From contig JANNOM010000083.1 of assembly GCA_031399065.1 (NCBI GenBank), positions 1-64,000 on the forward strand: a DNA stretch of 64,000 nucleotides, read 5' to 3'. This document shows positions 16,603 through 25,550 of the stretch, in pieces. Position 1 is the stretch's first letter. Each line of letters begins with the position of its first letter. The notes below the pieces were generated by a model. It saw nothing but the letters and a program-made list of their open reading frames with translations, was not told where the DNA came from and did no database searches. Both the position numbers and the translations under genes were made by a program. This DNA is from Chitinophagaceae bacterium (GTDB lineage: Bacteria > Bacteroidota > Bacteroidia > Chitinophagales > Chitinophagaceae).

Positions 16603-16755
16603 TAATTAACAGATATAAACTTAATAGAGAAGAGCAAACGAACGGATACTCCGCAAACTCCACAACGACCCGATCATACAGTGTATCATAGAAAATTTTA
16701 ACGTAAAGATTATACCCATCAATCAAACCGATATATCCGGCTAAGTGCTTTTGTT

Positions 16756-16763
16756 TATATTTG
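16756..16763 (+). promoter_or_regulatory. Bacteroidota-type -7 promoter element TAtaTTTG upstream of osmC
   Basis: The TAnnTTTG consensus lies about 22 nt before the ATG at 16786, with a TTG about 20 bp further upstream. Confidence 0.3.
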
Positions 16764-16785
16764 CTAACACTTAAAAATCAATACT

Positions 16786-17196
16786 ATGGCACGTAATGCA
16801 ACAGCCGTTTGGAACGGATCGGGTAAAGAAGGCAGTGGTCATATCACTACCGCCAGCACTGTGCTGGATAAAACACAATATTCTTTTAAGTCACGTTTCG
16901 AAGAAGGGGTGGGTACCAACCCGGAAGAACTGGTAGCCGCCGCTCACGCGGGCTGTTTTACTATGAAGCTCACGTTTGTACTGGGCGAAGCCGGCTTTAC
17001 TCCGGATGAACTGGAAACGAAATGCGAAATTAGTTTCGTTAATGGTGTTATCACAAAATCGCACCTGGTATTAAAAGCCAAAATACCGGGGATCAGTCAG
17101 GAGCAATTTGATACCGCCGCGGCAGATGCCAAGGCCAACTGTCCTATTTCCAAGCTGCTGAATACTGAAATTTCTCTCGACGCTTCGCTGGTATAA
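16786..17196 (+). CDS. osmC: OsmC/Ohr family peroxiredoxin
   Basis: 136 aa with the two conserved Cys (AHAGCF ... ANCPIS). Confidence 0.85.
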   Translation: MARNATAVWNGSGKEGSGHITTASTVLDKTQYSFKSRFEEGVGTNPEELVAAAHAGCFTMKLTFVLGEAGFTPDELETKCEISFVNGVITKSHLVLKAKIPGISQEQFDTAAADAKANCPISKLLNTEISLDASLV

Positions 17197-17220
17197 ACGA
17201 CCCGGCACTGCAATATATAC

Positions 17221-17272
17221 AACGGGCACATCTTTTTTCGCATTGCGTAAATAAGATGTGCCCGTTTATTTG
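17221..17272 (+). terminator. Long-stem terminator after osmC
   Basis: ACGGGCACATCTT...AAGATGTGCCCGT is a 13-bp stem followed by a T-rich run. Confidence 0.55.
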
Positions 17273-17283
17273 ATCTTTGCGAT

Positions 17284-18543
17284 ATGTCGTCACCCCTTAC
17301 AAAGTCTCCCTGGCAACAGGTACGCAGTGCATTTAACACGCTCCATCTGTGGCTGGGTATAGGAAGCGGTGTTATCCTTTTCGTGGTATGCCTTACCGGT
17401 ACTACCTACACTTTTTTTACAGAAATTGAGGAAATGAGAACGCCGCACCGGTATAAGGTAGCCGTTCCTGAAGGGGCGGCAAGACTGCCGGTAGACGAAG
17501 TGGTGGATAAAATAAAAACACAGGTGAGGGGTAAGCTGCTGTTTATTAATATACCGGCATTGCCCGAACGTACCTATCAGGTGAGCATACTGAAAGAAAC
17601 CAAAAAAAGTACCGCAAAAAAAGAGTCAACGGAGCGGGAGAACAATCGTAAGGCAGCACCAAAGCAAAAAGAAAGCAGGAGCCCCAGGGGCACTATTTAT
17701 TTTATTAATCCTTACACCGGCGCAGTGATAGATACAGCCGACAACGGATCGCCTTTTTTCCTGGGCGTATTCCGTATGCACAGATGGCTGTTGCTGGACC
17801 AGGAAATTGGCCGCCCCATCGTAGGCTGTGCCACCCTCATCTTCGTTTTCCTGATCATCAGCGGGCTTGTGATATGGGTACCGAGGAGAGCGAAAAGCTG
17901 GAAGCAGGGCCTGAAAATTAAATGGAGCGGCAACTGGAAAAGAGTGAACCATGATCTGCATAATGCGTTGGGCTTTTATGCCTCCTTGCTGCTGCTGGTA
18001 ATGGCCCTTACCGGGTTAACCTGGTCGTTCGAGTGGTACAAAACCGGGCTCAACAAACTACTGGGAGCTCCCGGTACCGCCCGTAGCGAGAAACCCCTTA
18101 CATCATCCATTCCACCGGCGGATAGTGTGTACGGTATATTGCCAGTTTCCGTGTATGTGAAGCAGGCGGATGCCTTGCTACCTTATGAAGGCAACCTGGT
18201 GATTAACCTGGCCGCAAACGACTCCGGCACGGTATCGCTCACTAAAACGCATGTCGGCTTTTTTGCGCCGGTAGCGGGTGATAAAATACAATTCGACCAG
18301 TACAGCGGCCGGCCGCTGAAAGTGGATGTTTTTAAAAACAAACCGTTTGGCCAGCGTATAGCCGGCTCCTTCCGGGCACTGCATGTGGGCAATGTATATG
18401 GCATGTTCACGAAGATCCTGTACTTTATAGCCTGCCTGATCGCTACCAGTCTGCCGGTAACCGGCACTATTATCTGGATCAATAAACTGAAAGCCAAAAG
18501 AAAGCGTAACACCGGTGCCATTTTATCGAAGTACCGGAAATAA
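17284..18543 (+). CDS. PepSY-associated TM helix domain protein (PiuB-like)
   Basis: 419 aa. It has N- and C-terminal TM helices with the typical PepSY_TM pattern (LHLWLGIGSGVILFVVCLTG...). Confidence 0.75.
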   Translation: MSSPLTKSPWQQVRSAFNTLHLWLGIGSGVILFVVCLTGTTYTFFTEIEEMRTPHRYKVAVPEGAARLPVDEVVDKIKTQVRGKLLFINIPALPERTYQVSILKETKKSTAKKESTERENNRKAAPKQKESRSPRGTIYFINPYTGAVIDTADNGSPFFLGVFRMHRWLLLDQEIGRPIVGCATLIFVFLIISGLVIWVPRRAKSWKQGLKIKWSGNWKRVNHDLHNALGFYASLLLLVMALTGLTWSFEWYKTGLNKLLGAPGTARSEKPLTSSIPPADSVYGILPVSVYVKQADALLPYEGNLVINLAANDSGTVSLTKTHVGFFAPVAGDKIQFDQYSGRPLKVDVFKNKPFGQRIAGSFRALHVGNVYGMFTKILYFIACLIATSLPVTGTIIWINKLKAKRKRNTGAILSKYRK

Positions 18544-18592
18544 AAAAGAGGCTCTGTAGAAACCTCTTTTATCTAATAAGTATTTTACCTGT

Positions 18593-19186
18593 TTACTCTG
18601 CTTCCGCTACTACCTCACTTACTTCGGGGATCATTCGTTTCATCATACCTTCTATGCCCGCCTTGAGCGTGATCATAGAAGAAGGGCAGCCGGAACAGGA
18701 GCCCTGAAGCATCAGGTTTACTACGCCTTCATTATAGCTTTTGAACTGAATGGCACCACCATCCATTTCTACGGCTGGCTTTACATAGTTTTCCAATAAT
18801 TCTTTAATACGCTTTACCACATCGTCATCATCCGCGCTGATCACGTTGCCTTCGGATTTAACTATTACCACGTCTTCTTCATTCACTACCGCTTTTCCTT
18901 CTTCCAGGTATTCTTTGAGGAACTGGCGGATGGCGGGTATCACGTCCGACCATTCTGTTTCCTGGGTTTTGGTGAGGGTAACAAAGTTACTTGCGATAAA
19001 AACGCTTCTTATAAATGGAAAGCCAAACAATTCGTTGGCTAATGGTGATGGCTTGGATGATTGTACATCGGGAAAGTCAATGCTCTTACCGGGATAAAGC
19101 AACTTGTTGGCAACAAATTTCATGGTTTCCGGGTTCGGCGTCATCTCTGTATATATGCTAATCATTGGGTTGCCTGTTTTAATCAT
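18593..19186 (-). CDS. NifU-family Fe-S cluster assembly protein (NfuA-like)
   Basis: It has a C-terminal CxxC motif (GSCSGCPSS) and an N-terminal NifU-like domain. The true start may be the internal Met (MISIYTE). Confidence 0.8.
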   Translation of the reverse strand: MIKTGNPMISIYTEMTPNPETMKFVANKLLYPGKSIDFPDVQSSKPSPLANELFGFPFIRSVFIASNFVTLTKTQETEWSDVIPAIRQFLKEYLEEGKAVVNEEDVVIVKSEGNVISADDDDVVKRIKELLENYVKPAVEMDGGAIQFKSYNEGVVNLMLQGSCSGCPSSMITLKAGIEGMMKRMIPEVSEVVAEAE

Positions 19187-19264
19187 AACAAGATAATTTA
19201 TGTAAAAATAACAAATTTAACGGGAGAAAGTTCCCATTTTAACAGTATTGGCTCCTAAGTGGGA

Positions 19265-19705
19265 TCAGTGGCGGTGAGAGGATTCTTCAGCCGGTAACGC
19301 GCCGTGATCGCAGTCGGTAGAATGGCAGTGATTCGCTTTTTTGCAATAGTGGAAATTGTAAAAATGGGCAGCGACGATGGCAATTACTGCGGGAACCATG
19401 AGCCAGAGCTCCATGGCATGCCATCGCTGTTTGGCAAATAAAAGCCCGATACCCAGCAGAAAAATAAGCAAGGGGGCCAACCGGTGATGATGCTTACGGA
19501 AGCCGTGGTACAGCGAATATACCCCGATACCCAGCGCCAGGAAAATCATAAAATATTCAAAAAAGGGATTATGGATTACGTTGATGCCAAATACCGGAAG
19601 GCTGGTAAGCAATAAGGGCAGCACGGCGCAATGTATGGCGCATGCCAGCGATGTGGTAATTCCTAATGCGTCCCAATTGATTTTAAATGCCATAAAGAAA
19701 TGCAA
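19265..19705 (-). CDS. MerC-like membrane protein with His/Cys-rich tail
   Basis: 146 aa with 4 TM segments and an AIHCAVLP motif. The C-terminus reads HCHSTDCDHG...HRH. It is divergent from the SCO1-fur pair. Confidence 0.5.
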   Translation of the reverse strand: MHFFMAFKINWDALGITTSLACAIHCAVLPLLLTSLPVFGINVIHNPFFEYFMIFLALGIGVYSLYHGFRKHHHRLAPLLIFLLGIGLLFAKQRWHAMELWLMVPAVIAIVAAHFYNFHYCKKANHCHSTDCDHGALPAEESSHRH

Positions 19706-19766
19706 ATATACAAACTATGCAACTTTGTTGCAAAGGTTTTTTCAAGTTAACCCTTACCTTTGCATA

Positions 19767-20423
19767 ATGAGCAGGAAAGCATTGTTTTACTTAGTCTTCT
19801 TTGCATTGCTGATAGTCGGGTTTTACATCACTATAAAGAAATTAGTACCCGGGTATGCGGAAAATAAATTACCGGTAATCAGTTATGTGCAGCCTTTTAA
19901 TTTTCAGAACCAGGATGGAAAGCCTGTTACACAACGCGATGTACAGGGTAAAGTATATGTAGCAGAATATTTCTTTACTACCTGTAAGGGCATTTGTCCC
20001 CGGATGAATACCAACATGAAAAAGATATACGATGAGTTTAAAGAGGAAAAGGATTTCGTGATTCTTTCCCATACCGTAGATCCGGAACGGGATACGGTTG
20101 GCCGCATGAAGTGGTACGCTGACTCTATGCAGGTGAAGACGGATAAATGGCTGTTTCTTACAGGGGCGAAAGACAGCTTATACCGTGCCGCCCGGTTAAG
20201 TTATGTATTGGATGACGTTAAGAATAACAATGAAAAGATAGAGGACCAGTTTATTCATACCCAGTTTTTTGCACTGGTCGATAAATCGGGACAGGTAAGA
20301 AAGATATACGACGGCTTAAAAATGGATGAACTTACGGAACTGTCTACAGATATCCGGCGCGTGCTGAATGAAAAATCCACTGGTACTTTTTCCAATTCAC
20401 TGTTTACGAATAACCCGAATTAG
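19767..20423 (+). CDS. SCO1/SenC family thioredoxin-like copper chaperone
   Basis: It carries a CxxxC motif (TCKGICP), a signal anchor and a thioredoxin fold. Confidence 0.8.
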   Translation: MSRKALFYLVFFALLIVGFYITIKKLVPGYAENKLPVISYVQPFNFQNQDGKPVTQRDVQGKVYVAEYFFTTCKGICPRMNTNMKKIYDEFKEEKDFVILSHTVDPERDTVGRMKWYADSMQVKTDKWLFLTGAKDSLYRAARLSYVLDDVKNNNEKIEDQFIHTQFFALVDKSGQVRKIYDGLKMDELTELSTDIRRVLNEKSTGTFSNSLFTNNPN

Positions 20424-20424
20424 T

Positions 20425-20841
20425 ATGGAGGCTGAAATCAAAAAGATACTAAAGCAGAACGAACTAAGCGTTACAGAAAGCAGGAGCCGCATCCTCGAAA
20501 TTTTTCTGGATAATAAAGGAGCGATGGCTCATTGCGACATCGAAAAGAAATTCGGAGAAAAAATGGACCGGGTAACGGTGTACCGCACACTGCAAACGTT
20601 TCTAAGCAAAGGCATCATACATACCATACCTACTTCAGACAGTTCTATACAATATGCGTTATGTAAAAGCGATTGTACGGAAGGGCACCATCATGATGAT
20701 CATGTTCATTTTGTATGCGACGAATGCGGAACTACGGTATGCCTGGATGATATTACCACACCCGCTCTTAAACTGCCTAAAGGATTTAAACCAAAGCAGG
20801 TAGAAGTAGTGGTAAGCGGTACCTGTAAAAATTGTAATTAA
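20425..20841 (+). CDS. fur: Fur family transcriptional regulator (Fur/Zur/PerR)
   Basis: It has a winged helix plus HHDH and CxxC metal sites (GHHHDDHVHFVCDECG...CKNC). Confidence 0.85.
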   Translation: MEAEIKKILKQNELSVTESRSRILEIFLDNKGAMAHCDIEKKFGEKMDRVTVYRTLQTFLSKGIIHTIPTSDSSIQYALCKSDCTEGHHHDDHVHFVCDECGTTVCLDDITTPALKLPKGFKPKQVEVVVSGTCKNCN

Positions 20842-20850
20842 CGGAGCCGG

Positions 20851-22578
20851 TCACGTTAATGCCGCATACTCATTATTCACAAAATCCATCAGCACCTTTA
20901 TTCTTGCGGCTGAAAAATTAAATTCAAGCCCCGCCGCTTTGTATAGTTCCGGTAGTGTTTTAGTGCCGCCGAGGCTCAGTGCGCCAATGTAATTATCAAG
21001 AGCAGCATCTTTATTTTCCTTAAACTGTTTCCACATGCCGAGCGCCCCTAACTGCGCTATGCCGTATTCAATATAATAGAATGGAACCTCGAACAGGTGC
21101 AGCTGCCGCTGCCAGCCATAGCGGCGGTATTCTTCCAGCCCGCTATAGTCGATGGATTTTACGGAAAATTCATTCAGGATCTCTACCCATTTATCACTCC
21201 GCTCTTCGGTAGTATGCGCGGGATGTTCATATACCCAGTGCTGAAACTTATCGATCGTTGCTATCCAGGGAAATATAGTGATCACTCTTTCCAGTTGATG
21301 CTCTTTGGCGCGCTTCAGTTCTTCCCCGTTTTCGAAAAATGCCGCCCAATAATCCATGCTAAAAAGTTCCATGGACATGCTGGCCACTTCTGCTATTTCC
21401 ATAGGATATTCCTTGAAGGCGCTCAATTCGAGATTATGCGAAAGAAAAGAATGTACGGCATGCCCGCCTTCATGCACCATCGTGGTAACATCTCCCATTT
21501 GCCCGGCGGCATTCATAAAAATAAAGGGTGCGCCGCTTTCTGCCAGCGGACAATTATACCCTCCGGGAGCTTTGCCCTTGCGGCTTTCCAGGTCCAGGTG
21601 ACCCATTTGTTTCATTTTTTGAAGGCATTCCCCGAAGAAGGGCCTTAACTGGTTAAAGCAATCCACTGTTTTTTCCAACAGCTCTTCGCTGGTAACAAAC
21701 GGATTCAGCGGTTTGATACCGGCCGGCTCCGCTTCCACATCCCAGGGCCTCAATGTATCGAGCCCCAGCTTCTTTCTTTTATTTTCATATATCCTTTCCA
21801 CCAGCGGAAGCACATGCAGCTTAACCGCTTCGTGAAACTGGTAACAGTCTTCTTTAGTATAATCGAATCGGCCCATTTCCACAAACTTATAATCCCGGAA
21901 ATTATAGAAGCCGGCGTTCAGGGCAACCTGGTGCCTTTTTTCTGTTAACTGACTATATAGCTGGTTAAGCTCTTCTTTGTCCTGGTGTCTTCTTTTTTGT
22001 ATTTTAAAATACACGTCTTTGCGCACGGCCCGGTCGGTGTTTTCCAAAAACTTGGAAGCCTGTTGCATGGTATACTCGCGGCCATCTACTTCCACGCTCA
22101 TTTTACCGGAGATCACTCCAAAGTTCTGAGCCAGCACACTCAACTCCGCCTGCAGAGGGATATTTTCTGTACGAAATAGTTCTATACTCTTTTTAACGGA
22201 GCGCAGATAGGTAAAATACTTTTGAGTGTCCAGTCCGGTGGTAAACGGATTACTGACCAGTTTTTTATTAAGCCGGTCTGCGTAAGGCTGTATCCTGGGT
22301 TGTATCTCCAGTACGAAGTAATGGAAAGCCTGCTCCAGTTCTTTATTCTCCGTATCACAGGTCATGCGGATCTGCCTCCAGCAGGCGTCTTCGCTTATTA
22401 CCGCTTCCAGCTCACTGGAATCTTTCATCCATTTTTCCAGGTCTTCCCGGGAATTAATAGTTCTTTCTTCGAGGTCTTTGAGATAGGGTTCCATGTGGTC
22501 CCAATCGGTAATGGAAAAGTCTGCGGGTAAAAAATGTCTTTCCAGCTTGCGGATATCAGCACTGTACATCATAATCAC
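20851..22578 (-). CDS. M3 family oligoendopeptidase (PepF-like)
   Basis: It carries the HEXXH motif HEGGHAVH and has M3 architecture. Confidence 0.85.
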   Translation of the reverse strand: MIMMYSADIRKLERHFLPADFSITDWDHMEPYLKDLEERTINSREDLEKWMKDSSELEAVISEDACWRQIRMTCDTENKELEQAFHYFVLEIQPRIQPYADRLNKKLVSNPFTTGLDTQKYFTYLRSVKKSIELFRTENIPLQAELSVLAQNFGVISGKMSVEVDGREYTMQQASKFLENTDRAVRKDVYFKIQKRRHQDKEELNQLYSQLTEKRHQVALNAGFYNFRDYKFVEMGRFDYTKEDCYQFHEAVKLHVLPLVERIYENKRKKLGLDTLRPWDVEAEPAGIKPLNPFVTSEELLEKTVDCFNQLRPFFGECLQKMKQMGHLDLESRKGKAPGGYNCPLAESGAPFIFMNAAGQMGDVTTMVHEGGHAVHSFLSHNLELSAFKEYPMEIAEVASMSMELFSMDYWAAFFENGEELKRAKEHQLERVITIFPWIATIDKFQHWVYEHPAHTTEERSDKWVEILNEFSVKSIDYSGLEEYRRYGWQRQLHLFEVPFYYIEYGIAQLGALGMWKQFKENKDAALDNYIGALSLGGTKTLPELYKAAGLEFNFSAARIKVLMDFVNNEYAALT

Positions 22579-22600
22579 TTATTTTGTAAAAGGACGGAAC

Positions 22601-23188
22601 TTATTCTTCTGCCTTTTTCTTTTTTGCCGGCGCCTTCTTTTTGGGAGCTTCTGCCGTTTGGGTCACGGTATCTGCTTCTGCTGCTGCTTTCTTTTTAGCC
22701 GCGGGCTTCTTCTTTTCGGCTACCGGTTTCTCTTCAACCACTTCAACAACAGCCGGTGCCGATTGTTTAACTTCTTCCGGCTCTATCGTTTCTTCCTCTT
22801 CCTCTTCCGTCAGTTTAAATTCTACATCGTGCTTACTGAGTGTTTCATACCATTTTACCATTTTCTTCATATCGCTGGCATATACCCGCTCGAAGTCCAT
22901 AGAAGGAAATACTTTCTCGAAATATTTTTTTACGGCAGCGTTGTCTTTATTATCCGGCAGCGTTGCCTTGGCGTTTTTCATAGCGTTAAACACGTCTACC
23001 AGGTTCACATTATCCGCGTTGGTGTATACTTCGATGGTTTCCAGGTGAGAAAAATTATGAACCCGGCTGGAAACGAATTTGGTGCTTTTATCATCGAGCG
23101 AGCGAACCAGTGCGCCATCGTTTTTGCTGGAAAGCAGTTCAAACAGGCCTGTTAGTCCGGTAACCGCGATAATCTTATTATAATCCAT
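22601..23188 (-). CDS. DUF5606 domain protein with histone H1-like Lys/Ala-rich tail
   Basis: N-terminal domain (ERVYASDMKKMVKWY) plus a C-terminal KKKPAAKKKAAAE...KKKAPAKKKK tail. Confidence 0.6.
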   Translation of the reverse strand: MDYNKIIAVTGLTGLFELLSSKNDGALVRSLDDKSTKFVSSRVHNFSHLETIEVYTNADNVNLVDVFNAMKNAKATLPDNKDNAAVKKYFEKVFPSMDFERVYASDMKKMVKWYETLSKHDVEFKLTEEEEEETIEPEEVKQSAPAVVEVVEEKPVAEKKKPAAKKKAAAEADTVTQTAEAPKKKAPAKKKKAEE

Positions 23189-23237
23189 ACATTATGTTTT
23201 TGAAAGGGGCTGCAAATTAAGGGAAATAAATGGAATG

Positions 23238-24083
23238 TTACTTCACCCCGCTTCCGAATATCGTACCGAAGAACTGCTGCATATCTATCCAGCTGGTGGA
23301 ATCAGCCGCTTTGTTATAGGCAATGGGCAGGTTGAACTTCTTACCTTTTTCCGTAGCCTCCGGGTTGGTAAATGCGTGTACCGCATCAGGGTATGCTTTA
23401 AATGTATAATTGGCACCGATAGAATCCATTTGTTTTTTGAACATGGCTACCTCTTCGGGTTTTACAAAAGGGTCCGCGTCGCCGTGACAAACCAATATTT
23501 TAGCTTTCAGCAATCCTTTATCGGCCGGTACGCCCACCAGGTTTCCATGGAAACTCACCACTCCTTTCAGGTCTTCTCCCATTTTAGCCACATTTAACGC
23601 CACGGCACCTCCAAAGCAATAGCCAATGGCCGCAATACTGGAAGTATCTACCTGTGTATATGTTTTTAACTGGGCGAGTGCGGCGTCAATGCGCGATTTG
23701 GTAAGCTGGGGGTTAGTATAAAAAGCGCCTGCCAGCTTACCGGCGTCTTCGGGATTATCGGCTACTTTGCCATCTCCATACATGTCCACTGCCAGGGCTA
23801 CATAACCCATTTCTGCCAGTTTCCTGGCGCGGTCCCGGGCGTAATCGGTAAGTCCCCACCATTCAGGTATTACGAGTATCCCGGGTCTTTTATAATCACT
23901 GCTGTCGTTATAAGCTATAAAACCTTTTAATGCTACTGAGTCGGTACCGGTGTACGTAACAGTCTCTCCTTTGTAAGTGGCTACCGGAGCAATTTCCTGC
24001 GCGGGCTTGTTCTCATTACAAGCGGCCAGTGTAAAAAAAACAGCTGCCAGTGCGCTTGCTAAAAGTATAATTTTCGTTTTCAT
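23238..24083 (-). CDS. Dienelactone hydrolase family lipoprotein
   Basis: It has a lipobox (LAACNE) and a nucleophile elbow (GYCFGG) in an alpha/beta hydrolase fold. Confidence 0.8.
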   Translation of the reverse strand: MKTKIILLASALAAVFFTLAACNENKPAQEIAPVATYKGETVTYTGTDSVALKGFIAYNDSSDYKRPGILVIPEWWGLTDYARDRARKLAEMGYVALAVDMYGDGKVADNPEDAGKLAGAFYTNPQLTKSRIDAALAQLKTYTQVDTSSIAAIGYCFGGAVALNVAKMGEDLKGVVSFHGNLVGVPADKGLLKAKILVCHGDADPFVKPEEVAMFKKQMDSIGANYTFKAYPDAVHAFTNPEATEKGKKFNLPIAYNKAADSTSWIDMQQFFGTIFGSGVK

Positions 24084-24218
24084 GGCATTAAAGTTCAGTA
24101 AAAGTTTTGGATTGAAGAAAGGCAGAGCTAAGAAATGATTTTATGTTTTTTTTGTATTACCGGTATAGGTGGTGCCGGGATTATTAAATAAATTGCAATG
24201 TCTAATTAAAAACTGTTT

Positions 24219-25353
24219 CATGAAAAAAATGATTTTATCAGCCTTTGTCGCTTTTCCTGCACTGTTATCTGCCCAGGGAGGTGATTATACTATAAATGGT
24301 AAAGTAGGTACCCTGAATGCTCCTGCCAAAGCCTATCTCAGCAGCCGCGTGGCTGGCAAAAATATACTGGACTCTGCAGAGCTGAAGGGGGGAAATTTCA
24401 CCTTTAAAGGATCTGTTACGGGAATTACCCGGGCAGCTGTTGTTATAGACCATACGGGTAAAGGGTTGCAGGCTATAGGCAACTCTGTCGATATGGCGAG
24501 GGTTTACCTGGATAAGGGAACCATTAACCTTTTTTCCAAAGATTCCGCTAAAAACGCCGTGCTTACTGGTTCTAACATTAATCAGGAAGCTGACAAATAT
24601 CATAAGGTGTTGGAGAAACCAGAGAAAGCCATGAATGAGATAAACTTAGAATATGCCGAAGCCCCCGCATCTAAAAAGCAGGATGAAGCCTATATAAAAA
24701 CCTTGCGCGAAAGATTCGGTAAGCTGACAGGAGAAAAGGAAACACTTCAGAAAAAATATATAAGTGCCAACCCGGGTTCTTATTTCAGCCTGGTGGCATT
24801 GAGGGAAATTGCCGGTAGTAACGTGGACTTACAGGTAATAGACCCCCTTTTTAAGGGCCTTTCCGATAATATCCGGAACAGCAGCGATGGAAAGGAGTTT
24901 GCCAAGTTTATAGATGGTCAGCGCCAGACAGCTGTTGGCGCCGTGGCTCCTGACTTTACGCAGAACGACATCAATAACAAGCCGGTTAAGCTTTCCGATT
25001 TTAAAGGTAAATATGTGTTGCTCGATTTCTGGGCTTCCTGGTGCGGACCCTGTCGTGCGGAAAACCCCAATGTGGTAAAAGCATTTAACGAATACAAAAA
25101 CAGGAACTTCACCGTTCTGGGTGTTTCCCTGGATCAGCCTGGTAAAAAAGACGCCTGGCTGGAAGCGATTCAAAAAGATGGACTGGCCTGGACGAATGTA
25201 TCTGACCTTAAATTCTGGGATAATGAAGTAGCAAAACTGTACGGAGTGCGTGGCATTCCGCAGAATTACCTCGTAGACCCTGCAGGTAAAATAGTAGGAA
25301 AAAATCTGCGCGGCGAAGAGCTGGATAAAAAATTAGCAGAAATTATCAAATAG
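24219..25353 (+). CDS. TlpA/ResA family thiol-disulfide oxidoreductase (N-terminal DUF4369-like + thioredoxin domain)
   Basis: It carries WASWCGPCR and a signal peptide. Confidence 0.8.
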
Positions 25354-25374
25354 CTGCAGCCTTATTCGATATCC

Positions 25375-25466
25375 CTTGCACACGCCTTGCACACGCCTTG
25401 CACAATGGTTGCATATTGAGGAAAAGTCTCTATAAGGTCTCTATAAGGTCTCTGTAAGGTCTCTAT
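25375..25466. repeat. Two adjacent intergenic tandem repeat blocks: (CTTGCACACGC)x2.5 and (TAAGGTCTCTA)x4
   Basis: cttgcacacgccttgcacacgccttgcacaatgg ... tctctataaggtctctataaggtctctgtaaggtctctatg. The blocks lie upstream of the outer membrane barrel gene. Confidence 0.7.
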
Positions 25467-25550
25467 GAACCGTGCAAACGGCATCTCATTTTTACCATTT
25501 TGCAAGGTTTTTACCAGAAAAAGATTCTAACAGCGTACTTAAATGTTCTT

